This document shows positions 51,704 through 64,000 of a stretch of 64,000 bases of DNA, piece after piece. The notes under the pieces were generated by a model that had not been told where the DNA came from, did not search any database, and worked only from the letters and a program-made list of their open reading frames with translations. The position numbers were made by a program, and so were the translations under genes. The stretch comes from Eledone cirrhosa (taxonomy: Eukaryota), in the NCBI GenBank assembly GCA_964016885.1, contig OZ024740.1, forward strand, positions 143,406,001 to 143,470,000, read 5' to 3'. The stretch's first letter is position 1; each line of letters starts with the position of its first letter.

Positions 51704-53570
51704 GGTCTATAGATGTGCTAGAAATAACGGCTACATCAGCTAAGCAGGGGGAACATCAGGTCTATATGTGTTCTAGAAATAGCAGCTAAAGGGGGGGGGG
51801 GCGTTATGGTGGTCCGTAGGTGTGCTAAAAATAGCAGCTACATAAGCTAAATAGAATGAACCTCATGGTGGATGATAGGTGTGCTCCAAATAGCAGCTAA
51901 ATAGCCTTATGGTTGTCCATAGGTGTGCTCGAAATAGCAGCTAAGTAGGAGGACCCATATGGTGGTCCATAGGTATGCTAGACATAACAGCTAAAAAAAC
52001 TTCATGGTGGTCCAAGTGTGTGCTAGAAATAGCAGCTGCATCAGCTAAAAAAGGGAATCTAATGGTGGTCTATAGGTGTACTAGAAATAGCAGTTAAATA
52101 GGGGGATCATTATAGTGGTATATAGGTGTGCTACAAATAGCACCTAAATAGGGGAACCTCATGGTGGTCAATAGGTGTGCTAGAAACAGTAGGTAAATAG
52201 CGGAACCTCATGGGAGTACATAGGTGTGCTAGAAATAGCAGCTGCATCAGCTAAACAAGGGAATCTCATGGTTATCCAAAGGTGTACTAGAAATAACAGC
52301 TAAATAAAGGGAACTTCATGGTGAACTGTGTCCTAGATATATTAACTAAATACGGGGAACCTCATGGTGTTCCATATGTGTGCTAGAAATAGCAGCTATA
52401 TAGGGGAACCACATGGTGATCCATAGGTGTGCTAGAAATAGAAGCTGCATCACGTAAACAGGGGGAATCACGTGGTAGTCCATAGTTGTGCTAGAAATAG
52501 CATCTAAGTAAAGGGAACCCATGGTGGTCTATAGGTGTTCTAGAAATAGCAGCTAAATTAGGGGAACCTCATAGTGGTCCATAGTTGTGCTAGAAATAGT
52601 AGCTAAATAGAGGGAACCTTATAGTGGTCTATAGCTGTGATAGAAATAGTAGTTAAATAAGAGGAACCTTATGGTGGTTCTTAGGTGTGCTAGAAAGGGC
52701 TGTTACATCAGCTAAGCAGGAGGAACCTTATGGTGTATGTAGGTGTGCTAGAAGGAGTAGCTAAATAAAGAGAACCTCATGGTGATTCATAGGTGTGCTA
52801 GAAATAGCAGCAAAATAGGGGGATCCTTATGGTGGCCCATATGTGTGCTAGAAATAGCAGCTAAATACGGCGATCCTCATGTTGGGCCACACGTGTGCTA
52901 GAAATGGGAACTACACAGTGGTTCATAGGTGTGTTAGCAAAAGCATCTAAATTGTTGTAACCCTTTTAGTGGTCGATAGGTGTGCTAGAAATAGCAGCTG
53001 CGTCAGGTAAACAGGGGAATATCATGGTGGTCCATAGGCGTGCTAGAAATAGCATCTAAATTAAGGGAAACCCATGGTGGTCTATAGGTTTCCTAGAATT
53101 AGCAACTAAAAAGGGGGAACTTCATGGTGGTCCATAGGTATGTTAGAAATAGCAGCTAAATAGGAGGAACCTTATAATGGACCATAGATGTGCTAGAAAT
53201 AGCATCTACATCAGCTAAACAGGAGCAACGTCATGGTGTCCATAGCTGTGCTAGAAATAGCAGCTAAATAAGGTCAACCTCATATGTATCCATTTGTTGT
53301 GCTAGAAATAGCAGCTAATAGGGGGAACCTCATAGTGGTACCTATGTGTGCTACAAATAGTAGCTAAATAGGAGGGACCTTATAGTGGTCCATATCTGTG
53401 CTAGAAATAGCAGCTTGGTGGAGAGGAACCTGATGATGGTCCATGGGTGTACTAGAAATAGCAGCTACATCAGCTAAGCAGGTGGAACTTAATGGTTGTC
53501 CGTAGGTGTGCTAGAAATAGCGGCAAAATAAAGTGAACATCGTGGTGGTCCATAGGTGTCCATAGGTGTC
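51704..53570. repeat. Minisatellite, about 49-bp monomer with an about 10-bp-longer variant
   Basis: Consensus GGTGGTCCATAGGTGTGCTAGAAATAGCAGCTAAATAGGGGAACCTCAT, repeated roughly 35-40 times. Confidence 0.95.
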
Positions 53571-53669
53571 TCTTCTTTGTCAATTTTGTTATACTATACC
53601 ATAGGGGAGTAATTAACAAATCAATTTAAGATCTATATATCTATAAACAAGTATAGACATATGTTCAAG

Positions 53670-55030
53670 ACCATGCTGACAAAAACCTTCCTAACAATGC
53701 TTAGCAGCAAGATGCCTTGGTAGCTATTGCAGTCACTTCGGTCACCTTTGTTCTGAGAGAAGGTGACAATGATACAGTCTCTCATGTCTTGCGGGACTGT
53801 TCTGTCTTCCCAGCACTAACACAGTAGTTTCAACAAGGGGCTAATTAGCACTCCTTTTGCACACCTGATGACCTCTTGGAGGATGCCGTCAGATCTTGGT
53901 GCCTTCCCAGCAGGTAAACCAATCAATGGCTCTGCACAGTTCTTCAGCAGTCGACAACACATCTAGCTCCTCCATGACAGCTAGGTGTTTCATGGTGTCT
54001 AGCATGTTGTCTGAGATACTTTTTTTCCTTGCCATACAGTTTGAAGTAATATTCCACCTATCTCTCCAACCGCTCTCTTTTTCCTTTGATGACCTCACCT
54101 GTTCTTGATTTGAATGGAGGAGTCTTGCTCTGGGTTGGGCCAATGGCTTTCTTGATGCCCTCATACATTCCCCAAATGTTACTTGTGTCAAATAACAGCT
54201 GGATGCATTTGAATAACTGTAACCAGTAGTCATTTGCACAGTGACTCGTAATCTTTTATGTCTTGTTCCGAGCTCATCTCAATGCTCATAGTGTTGCTCT
54301 GGTGGGTGAGTGTTTATGCTTCAACAGGGAGCATGCTTCTCCTCCATGGTCGCATTGAACTAGTCATGTGTCATTCTTCGATTCTTCCTGAAGATCTCTT
54401 CAATGCAGTGTCATGGATGGTGCCTCTGAGAAAGTTCCATCTTTGCTGAACACCACCTTCCAGAGGTTCTGCAAGGAGGATGTCTTCCAGTGACTTGAGG
54501 AATACAGGTACTTTGACTGACTGCTGGGTCACAGTAGCCTTGATATGCTGTATGACAAGAGGCTTAGCATAGTGCATTTTTGGTTGGAGTTTGAGATTGC
54601 AGCAAACCAGGGAGTGATCTGTGCCAAAGTCAGCGCTCCAAAAGGACCAAGTCAAGAGTACATTTCTCAAGTGGTTGTGTCTTATGAGGATCAGATCTAG
54701 CTGGTGCCTGTGCTCTGAGCGAGGATAACGCCAGGAAACTTTGTGTTGAGCTTTGGCCTGGAAGTAGGTGTTGGTGACACATAATCCATGGAGCATACAG
54801 AGCTCAAGCAGTTGTTGCCCGTTGTCATTCATGTTACCGACCCCATGCTGTCACAGTTACCCTGTCCAGGAGTTGCGGTCGGTTTCCACTCTGGCATTGA
54901 AGTCACCAACTAACACCAGCTGTTCTCCATATGGGATTGCCTGTATTTTTCTGGAGAACTGATTGTAAAACTTATCCGTGTCATCTTGTGTGTAATAGAG
55001 GGTTAGGGCATAAGCACTGACAAGGTTGAC
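53670..55030 (-). mobile_element. Decayed RTE (BovB-like) LINE fragment
   Basis: SAYALT, GDFNARV and NGQQLLELC..TNTYF..VSWRYPRS..QLDLIL motifs. Confidence 0.8.
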
Positions 55031-55359
55031 AAGACAGGAGCCTCCCAAAAGTCAGCTTGAAGGTAACACAGAGGAGACTGAGGTTAACTGGACATGCTCA
55101 GAGTTGACACTGCACTCAATGGTCCTGTGGGAGCCCCTACATGAACACACTAGAAGAGGGAAACCAAGGATGACATGTATTGATACCCTAAGGACAGACA
55201 CTGGTCTCTGGGAGACACAGGCCATGGAAGCGATGATGAAGAACAGAGACCGCTGGAGAGAACTCGTACATGGATCTCGGGAATTTTACTCGCCCTAGAT
55301 AGATATATATGCATATATATATATGTGTGTGTGTGTAATTATGTGTTTTATATCAAATA

Positions 55360-55552
55360 ATAATTGTTTCTACTTTTGGCACAAGGCCAGCAATTACCTA
55401 GTGTATTACTGGTACTTTATTTTATCGACCCCATAAGGATGAAAGGCAAAGTTAACCTCGGCGGGATTTGAACTCAGAATGGCAAGGGCCGTAACTCTAT
55501 GCATCAAAGCATGGCGTCTGACCCTCTACTGATACTGCCAATCCACCGCCCT
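55360..55552 (-). mobile_element. SINE family 2, full length
   Basis: Starts GGCGGTGGATTGGCAG on the minus strand; B-box present; flanked by a repeat containing TATCAAATAATAA. Confidence 0.8.
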
Positions 55553-56249
55553 ATTATTATCAAATAATAATAATATTCGATTTGTTTGCAAGCAGACAGT
55601 CTCATTATGCTATGTTTTGTTTTTGATGGCCATCATCATCCGTTCAACAGCAGCATTGAAGAACAATCAACAGGTTTCTGGGTTATTGTTCTTCATCAGG
55701 ACTGTACTTCTCTGCTACTCGTTTGAACTGTTGAAAATATATAGTATTTTCTAAACTATACATTGGCTGATTAGCTTCATTTGCATAACAAGTGATTTTA
55801 CAGCTGGGCTTGCCGAAAAACAAAATTAGAATTTGATTTTCTGCTCTAACATAGCAGATTACATAAATGTAATTATGGATTTTATATTGAATATTAATAA
55901 TAAGGTCAGCCGTATAATTGCTTGGTATGCACTATTCTTGTCATTAACCAACAAACCTAATACAGCTGCTTCACTAGCCCCAATATATTTTTACTTAATA
56001 CACAAAGTGTCAGCCTTTTCATCAATGCAGAAAAATGGAAGATCCAATTCTTTGAGGTTTGGGTTACCAACCATCCACACCATATCCCTTTCTTCATCCT
56101 AACTGAGACCCATTTTAACGTCTCCCACTTGGAAACTGAAGTGAGGGTGAGAAATTTTACAACCATCTGCGTGGATCATGTTGGCAGAAGAAAAAAACAA
56201 AACTACCATTTCCTGCATGATTCTTTTATGGCTGATGAAAATAACATAT

Positions 56250-56960
56250 TCTCCAATGGTTATTATGAATCAGTTTCTGTGCACAACAAAGCCAATGATT
56301 TGATTGTAGCTTGGGCTCTATAAGCCTCCCCAAACACCTCTACCGTGCTTCAAAGAATGCCTCAACAGCATTAGGTGTTTTATCCAACAGTGTGATTCTG
56401 GGGGATTTGATAGGTGACTTCAATCTACCCTGTGTTGATTGGTCTACAAACAGTTGAAATCAGGTCCTTCTTCCTCAACCCCTAAGTAGTTTTTCCTGTC
56501 CTAACTTGTGCTTGCACCAACAAGATATCACAAAAACATTTTAGATTTAGTATTTAGTAACCACACTAAAACTATCCGCATTATTGCAGTAGTAAAAGCT
56601 CTCCTCTCAGACCATGACATGGTACTTTGTAACTTGAGGTTCCACCAGCCAAAAGTTTAACCTGATGATTCTTTCCAGCCCACTTATGTAATAACATTGA
56701 TCTTCATAATGTAAACTGGTCTTTCACACACAGCCACCAACATCAAAACATGAATGATGACCTTCATCAATAACCAACAGACTGAGTCATTGACAAAATT
56801 AAACTCAAATCCAAAATGTTCTTTCCATTTGCCAAAAATCACAAGACTGCTGTCACAACCATTGGGCTTCTGTTTGATGAAAATGGCACACTCCAAAAGA
56901 ATGCTAAAAGCATGGGTGAAATACTGCAGAAAAAATACTGCTCTGGGCTGTATCAGTGAT
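56250..56960 (+). mobile_element. CR1-like endonuclease relic
   Basis: GDFNLP.VDW, NILDLVFSN and SDHD motifs in broken frames. Confidence 0.55.
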
Positions 56961-56979
56961 ATTAACCCCCTACACACCA

Positions 56980-57455
56980 TTGCCACTGGGGCATAGATTT
57001 CTTTATTTGCCCCTTTTTTGTTTGTTTGTTTTTTTGCGATTTATTAGCCTTTTGGGGTCACACACACCCCCGTAGAAAGCGTGCGACCTTTCTGCCAGGG
57101 AGTACAGAGAGAGGGGGGTACTCTCTTCTTCTCTTACCTGTACAAGCCGATATAGAGAGATGGCCCACTTACACGGGCCATTATTGCTACTTTCACTCGA
57201 AAAAGGCTCTCAGTCCCAGCTAATTCCATGAAAGATGGGTGAAAGTAGCAATAATGGCCCGTGTAAGTGGGCCATCTCTCTATATCGGCTTGTACAGGTA
57301 AGAGAAGAAGAGAGTACCCCCCTCTCTCTGTACTCCCTGGCAGAAAGGTCGCACACTTTCTACGGGGGTGTGTGTGACCCCAAAAGGCTAATAAATCGCA
57401 AAAAAACAAACAAACAAAAAAGGGGCAAATAAAGAAATCTATGCCCCAGTGGCAA
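56980..57455. repeat. Near-perfect palindrome: 217-bp arms (56980-57196 / 57239-57455), 42-bp spacer
   Basis: The arms are reverse complements with one visible mismatch (gaaagcgtg vs gaaagtgtg). Confidence 0.93.
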
Positions 57456-57787
57456 ATAAATCGCAAAAAAAAACCCAATAAATAAATCTATATTTCTTTT
57501 AACGGCTAAAAAAAGGGGAATGTAAATTTGTTGGAATAGCCTCATACATTGAAGTAAGCAGCAACTGCAGCAAGTAAGCGGCATTTAGACAGCTAAAATT
57601 GGATATCGCCATATTTTCATTTTATACAATTGTGAAGAAATATTATACAAAAAGTGAAAATAGGACAGTTAGGCGGAAGTAGTATGAAAGTGTGGGGGAG
57701 AGATAGACAAATGATTGCGACGCAAACGAGTAAGTAATCCAATTCTCTATAAAACTAAATATATATGTTTCTTTATTTATTTATTTA

Positions 57788-60700
57788 TAAACTAAATATA
57801 TACATACGTAAACATGTCTTATGTCCGTATTTCTTGCAGTAATGTTGACTTTCGTGCCTCTTGTAACAAGTGAACGGTTTACTTGTGTTGAATCGTATTT
57901 TCTTTCGTTTTCTTTTTATATTTTTATATCCTGGATATATTTTTTATCCTGGATGCTGCGATTAGGACGAGAGCCATAGCTTCCGCAGCAGAGCGGAGTA
58001 AGACCCTCAAATACTCTGATCTGTCGGTCAGCTACATTTTTCAGCCTGTGGCTTTCGAGACGTTTGGGGGGAGTCGGACCCCTGACTGCGAGGTTCCTCT
58101 CTTCACTGGCGGCTCGCCTAATAGAGGTAACTGGCGAATCTCGCGAGGGCGCTTGACTGTTCCAGCGCATTATCCTCGCCATCATCCAAGGCAACACTGC
58201 GAGTGTGCTGACTTGCCTCAAAAAGTCATTAGAGAGGTTGCCCAGTACTCCTCGCGACGCTGCTGTCTTTTGCTCTGGTGTTGGCTCGGTTGTTCACCCC
58301 TTTCTTTACATTTTCTTTAATATTGCAACATTAAAGGAATATATCCTTCTGAAAGAATCGCGAGCAATTTATAATGTTATCTAAGCATTTGTAATGTTAT
58401 TATACTGTAAATTTAATTATATGCGCTGTTTATATCATATGTGTTCGTATGTTCACTCCATATGTCTAAACCGTGTATAATAACACAATAATATAAACTC
58501 ATTGAACAAAAATAAAGGAAGGAAAAAAAGGGGGGGGGGTTCACCACCAAGTGTGATATTCGGCCAGACCTCACACTATATCAATCATGTAATTTTATTT
58601 TGTATATAAATATCATTACAAATAATTAAAAAAGAGAAAGAAAGGGGAAAGTAAAAAAGAAAGAAAAAACACACATACATCTAGGACCACATACAACCAA
58701 AGGCAGGCGAACGAGGTGGACACGAAGAAGATTCAACACAATAAAATAAGGGCAACTAGTTATATTTATGGATTATACCTCTATTTCAAAGAATTAGAAG
58801 CCACGGGTAGAATTAATTTTTGAAGCAAGCCAACACTCTATTCGTGCTGCCTTCTAGCTTATTCTAAAGTCTATAGAAAACGTTTGCTGGTGTTGGTTTA
58901 AACAGAGCTCCTCGCTCCAAAAACTGTTTAAACCAAAACAAAAATCGAATAGATATTTCTGACGCTGTTTTATATGAATGCCCTCATTTATTATAATTCT
59001 TTAATGTAATTACAATTCAAGAACATGTTTGATGACCCTGTGATAAACAAGTGAAACTCAGAGTAACAAGACTCCCTATTTAGCCCTAATAAAATTAACA
59101 TTAAAACTCTACTTCGGTATTGAGTACTCCTTTCTCTTAGTCGTCAACCACATAGGGATATATATATCCCTATGTCACACGAAGTCGTCTTCCTCACTGA
59201 TTAACTTTTAAGTTAACACTCTAATCGGTTGGGTTCGAATTTTAATAATTCCACAACTATATATCTATGTATAAATAAATAAATAATTATTTATTTATTT
59301 ATTTATTATCTATGTATATATATAAAGTTGTAGTTCCTGTTTGTTTGTTCACGAACTCCTCATATGGTTTTCGAGATAGACCCCCTTAACCATATATATT
59401 CTGAAACTACATTGCCCAGGGTACTTGGATAAGTACATTTTAATCAACCCTCGTTGAAATTTTTTTCCTTTCGATTTATATGAGATTTAAACCATAGGTA
59501 AATGACAGGATAAGATGCCTATTCACAAAAGTTTTGAATTGATATTTTGAAAAAAATTATTTACAAGAAAGAAAATAAGAATAAGATTTAATAATGTAAT
59601 TTTGATTTGATATATTACAAAAAATAATTGTTTCTACTTTTGGCACAAAGCCAACAATTATTCCAGTGCATTACTGGTACTTTATTTTATCAACCCCGTA
59701 AGGATGAAAGGCAAAGTTAACCTGGCCGGGATTTGAACTCAGAATGGCAAGGGCCGTAATTCTGCGTCAAAGCATGGCGTCCGACCCTCTACCGATACTG
59801 CCAATCCGATATTACAAAAAATAATGTTTTCCAATTTTTCATGCATTACATTTTACATTGAGTAATATTGAAATGCAGAGTTTTTCTCCATAAAATGATA
59901 TCACTGATTTAAAATCAATCATCATTTTCTTACAAAAAAAAATGTGTGAAACGCAGCAAGGCGCGGGTAATTCGGCTAGTAAATATATATACTTCGTTTT
60001 TGTATTTGTTTTTCTAGATTTATTATCTGAAAACGTGTGTTGAAATAGATATTGTTATACTTTGGGAGGGTCATTCTGCCAATAAAAACATGCACCTCCT
60101 GGTTTTCATTTCAATTTATTATATAAACTTTCAGTCAGTTCATTTAATAACTGGATGGTTGTTTAGGTCTTGAATTTCAAAGCTTTTCCGGCACACATTC
60201 TGTAACTTCAGTGACTACCTTTGTTGTTATTTTGTGTCCCGCCTTTGTTCTGTCCTACAGAATTTTGTTTTTGTGAGCTGTGTACTTGGGCTGTGCATGT
60301 ATTATATCTAGGTTTGTGTGTGTGTGTTTTTTTCTTTATACGTTTATTTACTTGTCACTAGTTGGTTGCTTGTTCTATCTGTGTGTGTCAGTCGAGATGT
60401 CATCCTCTGTTCAGTTAAGAAGGCCCCTCAGCTTTACCACTTTGCTTGGCAAGCTTATCAGGAGCCCTCCTACTTCTCCTTCGGTGACCATTTCATCCTA
60501 TCTGCCACAGGGGTCTGACGGTGACACGCTCAGACCAGCTGGGTATTGATGACGTCACCAAGATGGGAGTTGACCTGGATTTGAATGTCTGGTATCTGGA
60601 TGATGCTTGTTTGGGGTGTTCTCCAGATAAGATTCATGGAACCGCAAAGACGATTGAGGAACTGAGTTGCAGGGGCTTTCATGTCAACAGTTCCAAATGC

Positions 60701-63700
60701 GAGCTCTGGTCCCTCAACCACCCAGCTTCACATCAACAGACTGTTGACCTGTTTACAGAGTCCTTCCCCTCTATCACGGTTCCTCCCTCATCAGCGTGGT
60801 GCTCTCTTGGAGCCCTAATTACTGACCAAACCTTCGAGTCCATCTTTCACTCTAAGTTGGCTAATCTTGAGCAAATTTTAAAAAATCTCGAAGCTTCACC
60901 AAAGTTTTTTTATACTTATGAATTACATCAATTCCTAAATTGTTGTATTTCATCAGAATTAGCCCCTCTTACAAAATTTCGTCAACTCTCCAATACTTTG
61001 ATGACTTAATATTCAATGAGCTCAAGGGCTTGGTCAATGTCTCTCTCCAGAATCCCACAACCAGGCTCCCTTGCCTAAACAGTTTGGAGGTCTGAGAATT
61101 GCTATCACTTGATCCTTTTCTTACTCATGTCTGCGATGAACATGACTTATATTCCTTTCTGCATATACTGTAATGAAACAAAAAACGTTTTTCAGCTATG
61201 GCTAGCCACAATGTTCATGCAACACACATGAAAGTTGTTTAGATGAAGCAATGCCTGTGCTTGAAGCTTTTTTAAGAAAGACCTTGCACTGGGCCAATCC
61301 CACTCTGAACAACTGTGATAGGTATCCAGAAACAAGAACAGGTCAACATCATTGGCTGCCATTGAGTCACAGGTTTTACATCAGTTTTCCTTCTAGAATG
61401 ATGTCCTAACAAGGCCTAAGGGTCTCACACTCCCGGTGGGCTAAACACACACTCAGGCACCAAACCGAGTACTCAAAGTACCTGCATATATATTATATTA
61501 TGTATATATAAGAGAGTGTTGTAGTTTGGTTGAAGCATTGTCTGTAGTGTTATTTGAAGGCTATGACAATGCAAAATGAATGATAAATTTTTAAAATGAA
61601 AGCAAAGAAGATTTTTGTGTTACCTGGTAGTTTATTTATCAGTCTTTATATTTCAGGATTAAAAAAACAAACTAGTTCAGAGCTGTACATTTTGTTTGTT
61701 ATAGAATCGCCATCTTACTTTCTTTGTTTGGAAACGATGGTTTATTTATAACTGCCAGAAATGGTGGAAGATTGGCATTATATGTGGACTACTATATGTG
61801 TGTACATTTTTATGTCAAATATAGGTTTCCTCGTAGTGAAGGGCTGGAGAGAGCTAACTGTGTATCTAGTCCCTCCTTGCAGATCACCATGGTTATTTTT
61901 TTGCTGAAGTGTAGTAACTCCAGAAAGCAGGTGTTGGAGGAGGTCTTACATTTCCAGCATTTTGGACCCCGAAGACGACTTTTGATGAATGTTGGATATT
62001 CATTGGTCTCTAGGAAGTGTGCGGTGTAGGAGACCTGGTCCTCTGCCTTGCTGCATTTTTTTCCAGGAATGTGTGAATTTATTCTTTATGTATCAGGTTT
62101 TAGCACCAATGAGCAAACAGGTCTCTGCAATTGGTTTTTCTGTAGAAGTTATGGATGTCACCTTCTGTTATCCTGAGTTGGTAGTCAAGTAGAGACAGGG
62201 ATCCAGGGCAGTTATGGTTTTCTACGCTGAACTACATGTTATCATCCTTGTTTATGAACATGGTAGATATTCCATTGGCCTCTTCATCAGAGAATGTGAG
62301 TAAGAGTACGTCATCTATGTATCTAGTGAAGAAGGTACAGGAGCGACAGGTGTTGAACGTTTGATGTTCTAGCTGGTCATGTAGGTGATGGCTAATAGGC
62401 CTGAAAGATTGGATCCCATGGGTAGACTTGTTGTTTGTTTGTAGGTGTGGTGATGAAAGGTGAAGTATGTGTTTTCTACAATACTGATAGGAGGTGGTGA
62501 GGCCAAAGTTGTATAGGTCGGAAGAAATGATGCAATCAATCACAAGGTTGACCACTGGGTGAGTGGGTACTGATGTGTAGGAGACAACATTGAGGCTAAA
62601 GGTGTATCTGTTAAGTTTAAGTTGACCTGTATTTGTTAGGAAGTTGTCTTTGCCTACAGATATCAGCCTAGACTCTGTTAATGTGGTCTTCAATTTGGGT
62701 TGATGTTGTCTATTATTTCCGAAATAATCCATTGTTGCTGTGGTATTCAAATACCAGCTTGTTGTAGATGTCACAAGTGACAATGCAAAATTCTTTCCCT
62801 TAATACACAAATTAAGGTACAAAGCAACGTATATATACAAAAATTATGTGTCAGTGTATAAACAGAAACTAAGTACATTTCATAATTTCTTTGTTTGTTT
62901 TTTGTTTTTTTTATTTTCAATATATAGATACAATAGAAAATAACTTTTTTCCTGTTTCCACCATTCATCTATGGTTCTTGTGATGTTTTGTGTTCTTCAG
63001 ATTCACTTGTACAAGATATGTAATTCCTGTCATTTTCTCTGCTGAAAGATGGGGCAAACAATGCATGCAAAGACAAGGTGAACTCTCTAACTGTTAGAAT
63101 ATTTTATATGAATAGACTACACAAAGTTGTGACAAAGTTCTTTGACATGTCTACTACTGCTGGTCCTGATTGTGGCAAAGCAGAAATAATATATTAAAAA
63201 TTTCAAGATACCATGGGTCAACTGTGTTGGCTTGGGGGTAGACAATTGCTGCATAAACATGGGACAACCTAATTTAGTCATGTCTAGAATTCACAATATA
63301 AACAGTGCTTGATTTTTATTAAGATACCCTTGTCATCTCATACATGACATTGCTTCCTTTCAGTCGAATTTAAAGATGTATGTGGTTTTTGACTTTTGCA
63401 TTGATCTATTTTACTTTTTGGATAAGAGTACAAAATGAAAGGAGGAGTTAGAAGAGTTTTGTTGCTTTTACGATAGAGAATATAGGGGAATTTTAAAGAA
63501 TGTCAACAAGGTGGTTAAGCCTAGAAATGGCAATTAATTGGGTTCTACTTTTTGATGCACTGCAGTTTTTTTCATATCCTGTGATAAGCATCTCAACTTT
63601 ATATGTTTGAAAGCACCCCTTCTAAACTCTCATGTTAAAAATATATTTACTATTCTATCAGGTTGTTCTGCCATCTTTCACCAATTTTAATAAAGACCTT

Positions 63701-64000
63701 TCCATTCACCTGCTAGACTGAATTACATTCTTTTTTGGTAGAAACTTTTAAATAAATTTATAAAGTCGAAAGCTATCTATCTATATATATAAAACTGAGG
63801 ATGTGTGTGTGTATGTGCATACCCACATAACTTCCACAGTTTGCAACCGACTTTCTTCAAATTTGGAACAAACATGCATTATGTTCCCAGGAGTGTTTTG
63901 GACTCATAAATTTCAAGTTTTTGTCTAATGTGGCCCCTAGATAAATATTAGTTGGTTGCATGAAAACTACACACATACATATACATCTAAAGAGAGAGAG
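57788..64000 (+). repeat. Segmental duplication, copy B (runs off the window end)
   Basis: Offset about 47.71-47.73 kb from copy A, with scattered SNPs and small indels. It contains the same CRE, Helitron, SINE and Penelope relics. Confidence 0.97.

Noticed and set aside
51704-53570. CRISPR-like appearance (conserved core with variable linkers)
   Set aside because: The linkers are homologous to each other rather than unique spacers; there are no cas genes and the context is eukaryotic.

Overview
AT-rich, repeat-dense animal genomic DNA, most likely a coleoid cephalopod (octopus-like). That assignment is an inference from the [10 protein letters not shown]-type C2H2 zinc-finger relics and the RTE/SINE/Penelope repeat content. 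Most of the window is decayed mobile DNA: RTE, CRE and CR1 LINEs, Penelope-like elements with hammerhead ribozymes, a Gypsy fragment, Helitron-like elements, SINEs and satellites. Hidden among these, and not assembled by the ORF track, is an intact 6-coding-exon gene on the + strand (22664-34308). It encodes a 254-aa protein with a signal peptide, a cysteine-less V-like Ig domain, a Cys-rich second Ig-like domain, an S/T stalk and a GPI-type C-terminal signal. The region upstream of it (about 10.06-16.29 kb) recurs near-identically at 57.79-64.0 kb (offset about 47.7 kb), suggesting a tandem array of such genes or an uncollapsed haplotype. Other notable items: a young non-autonomous LTR element with a 32-nt tRNA-Trp primer site nested in a LINE, a 217-bp-arm near-perfect palindrome at the duplication edge, a SINE/LINE partner pair and a higher-order minisatellite. 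All alignments were done by eye.
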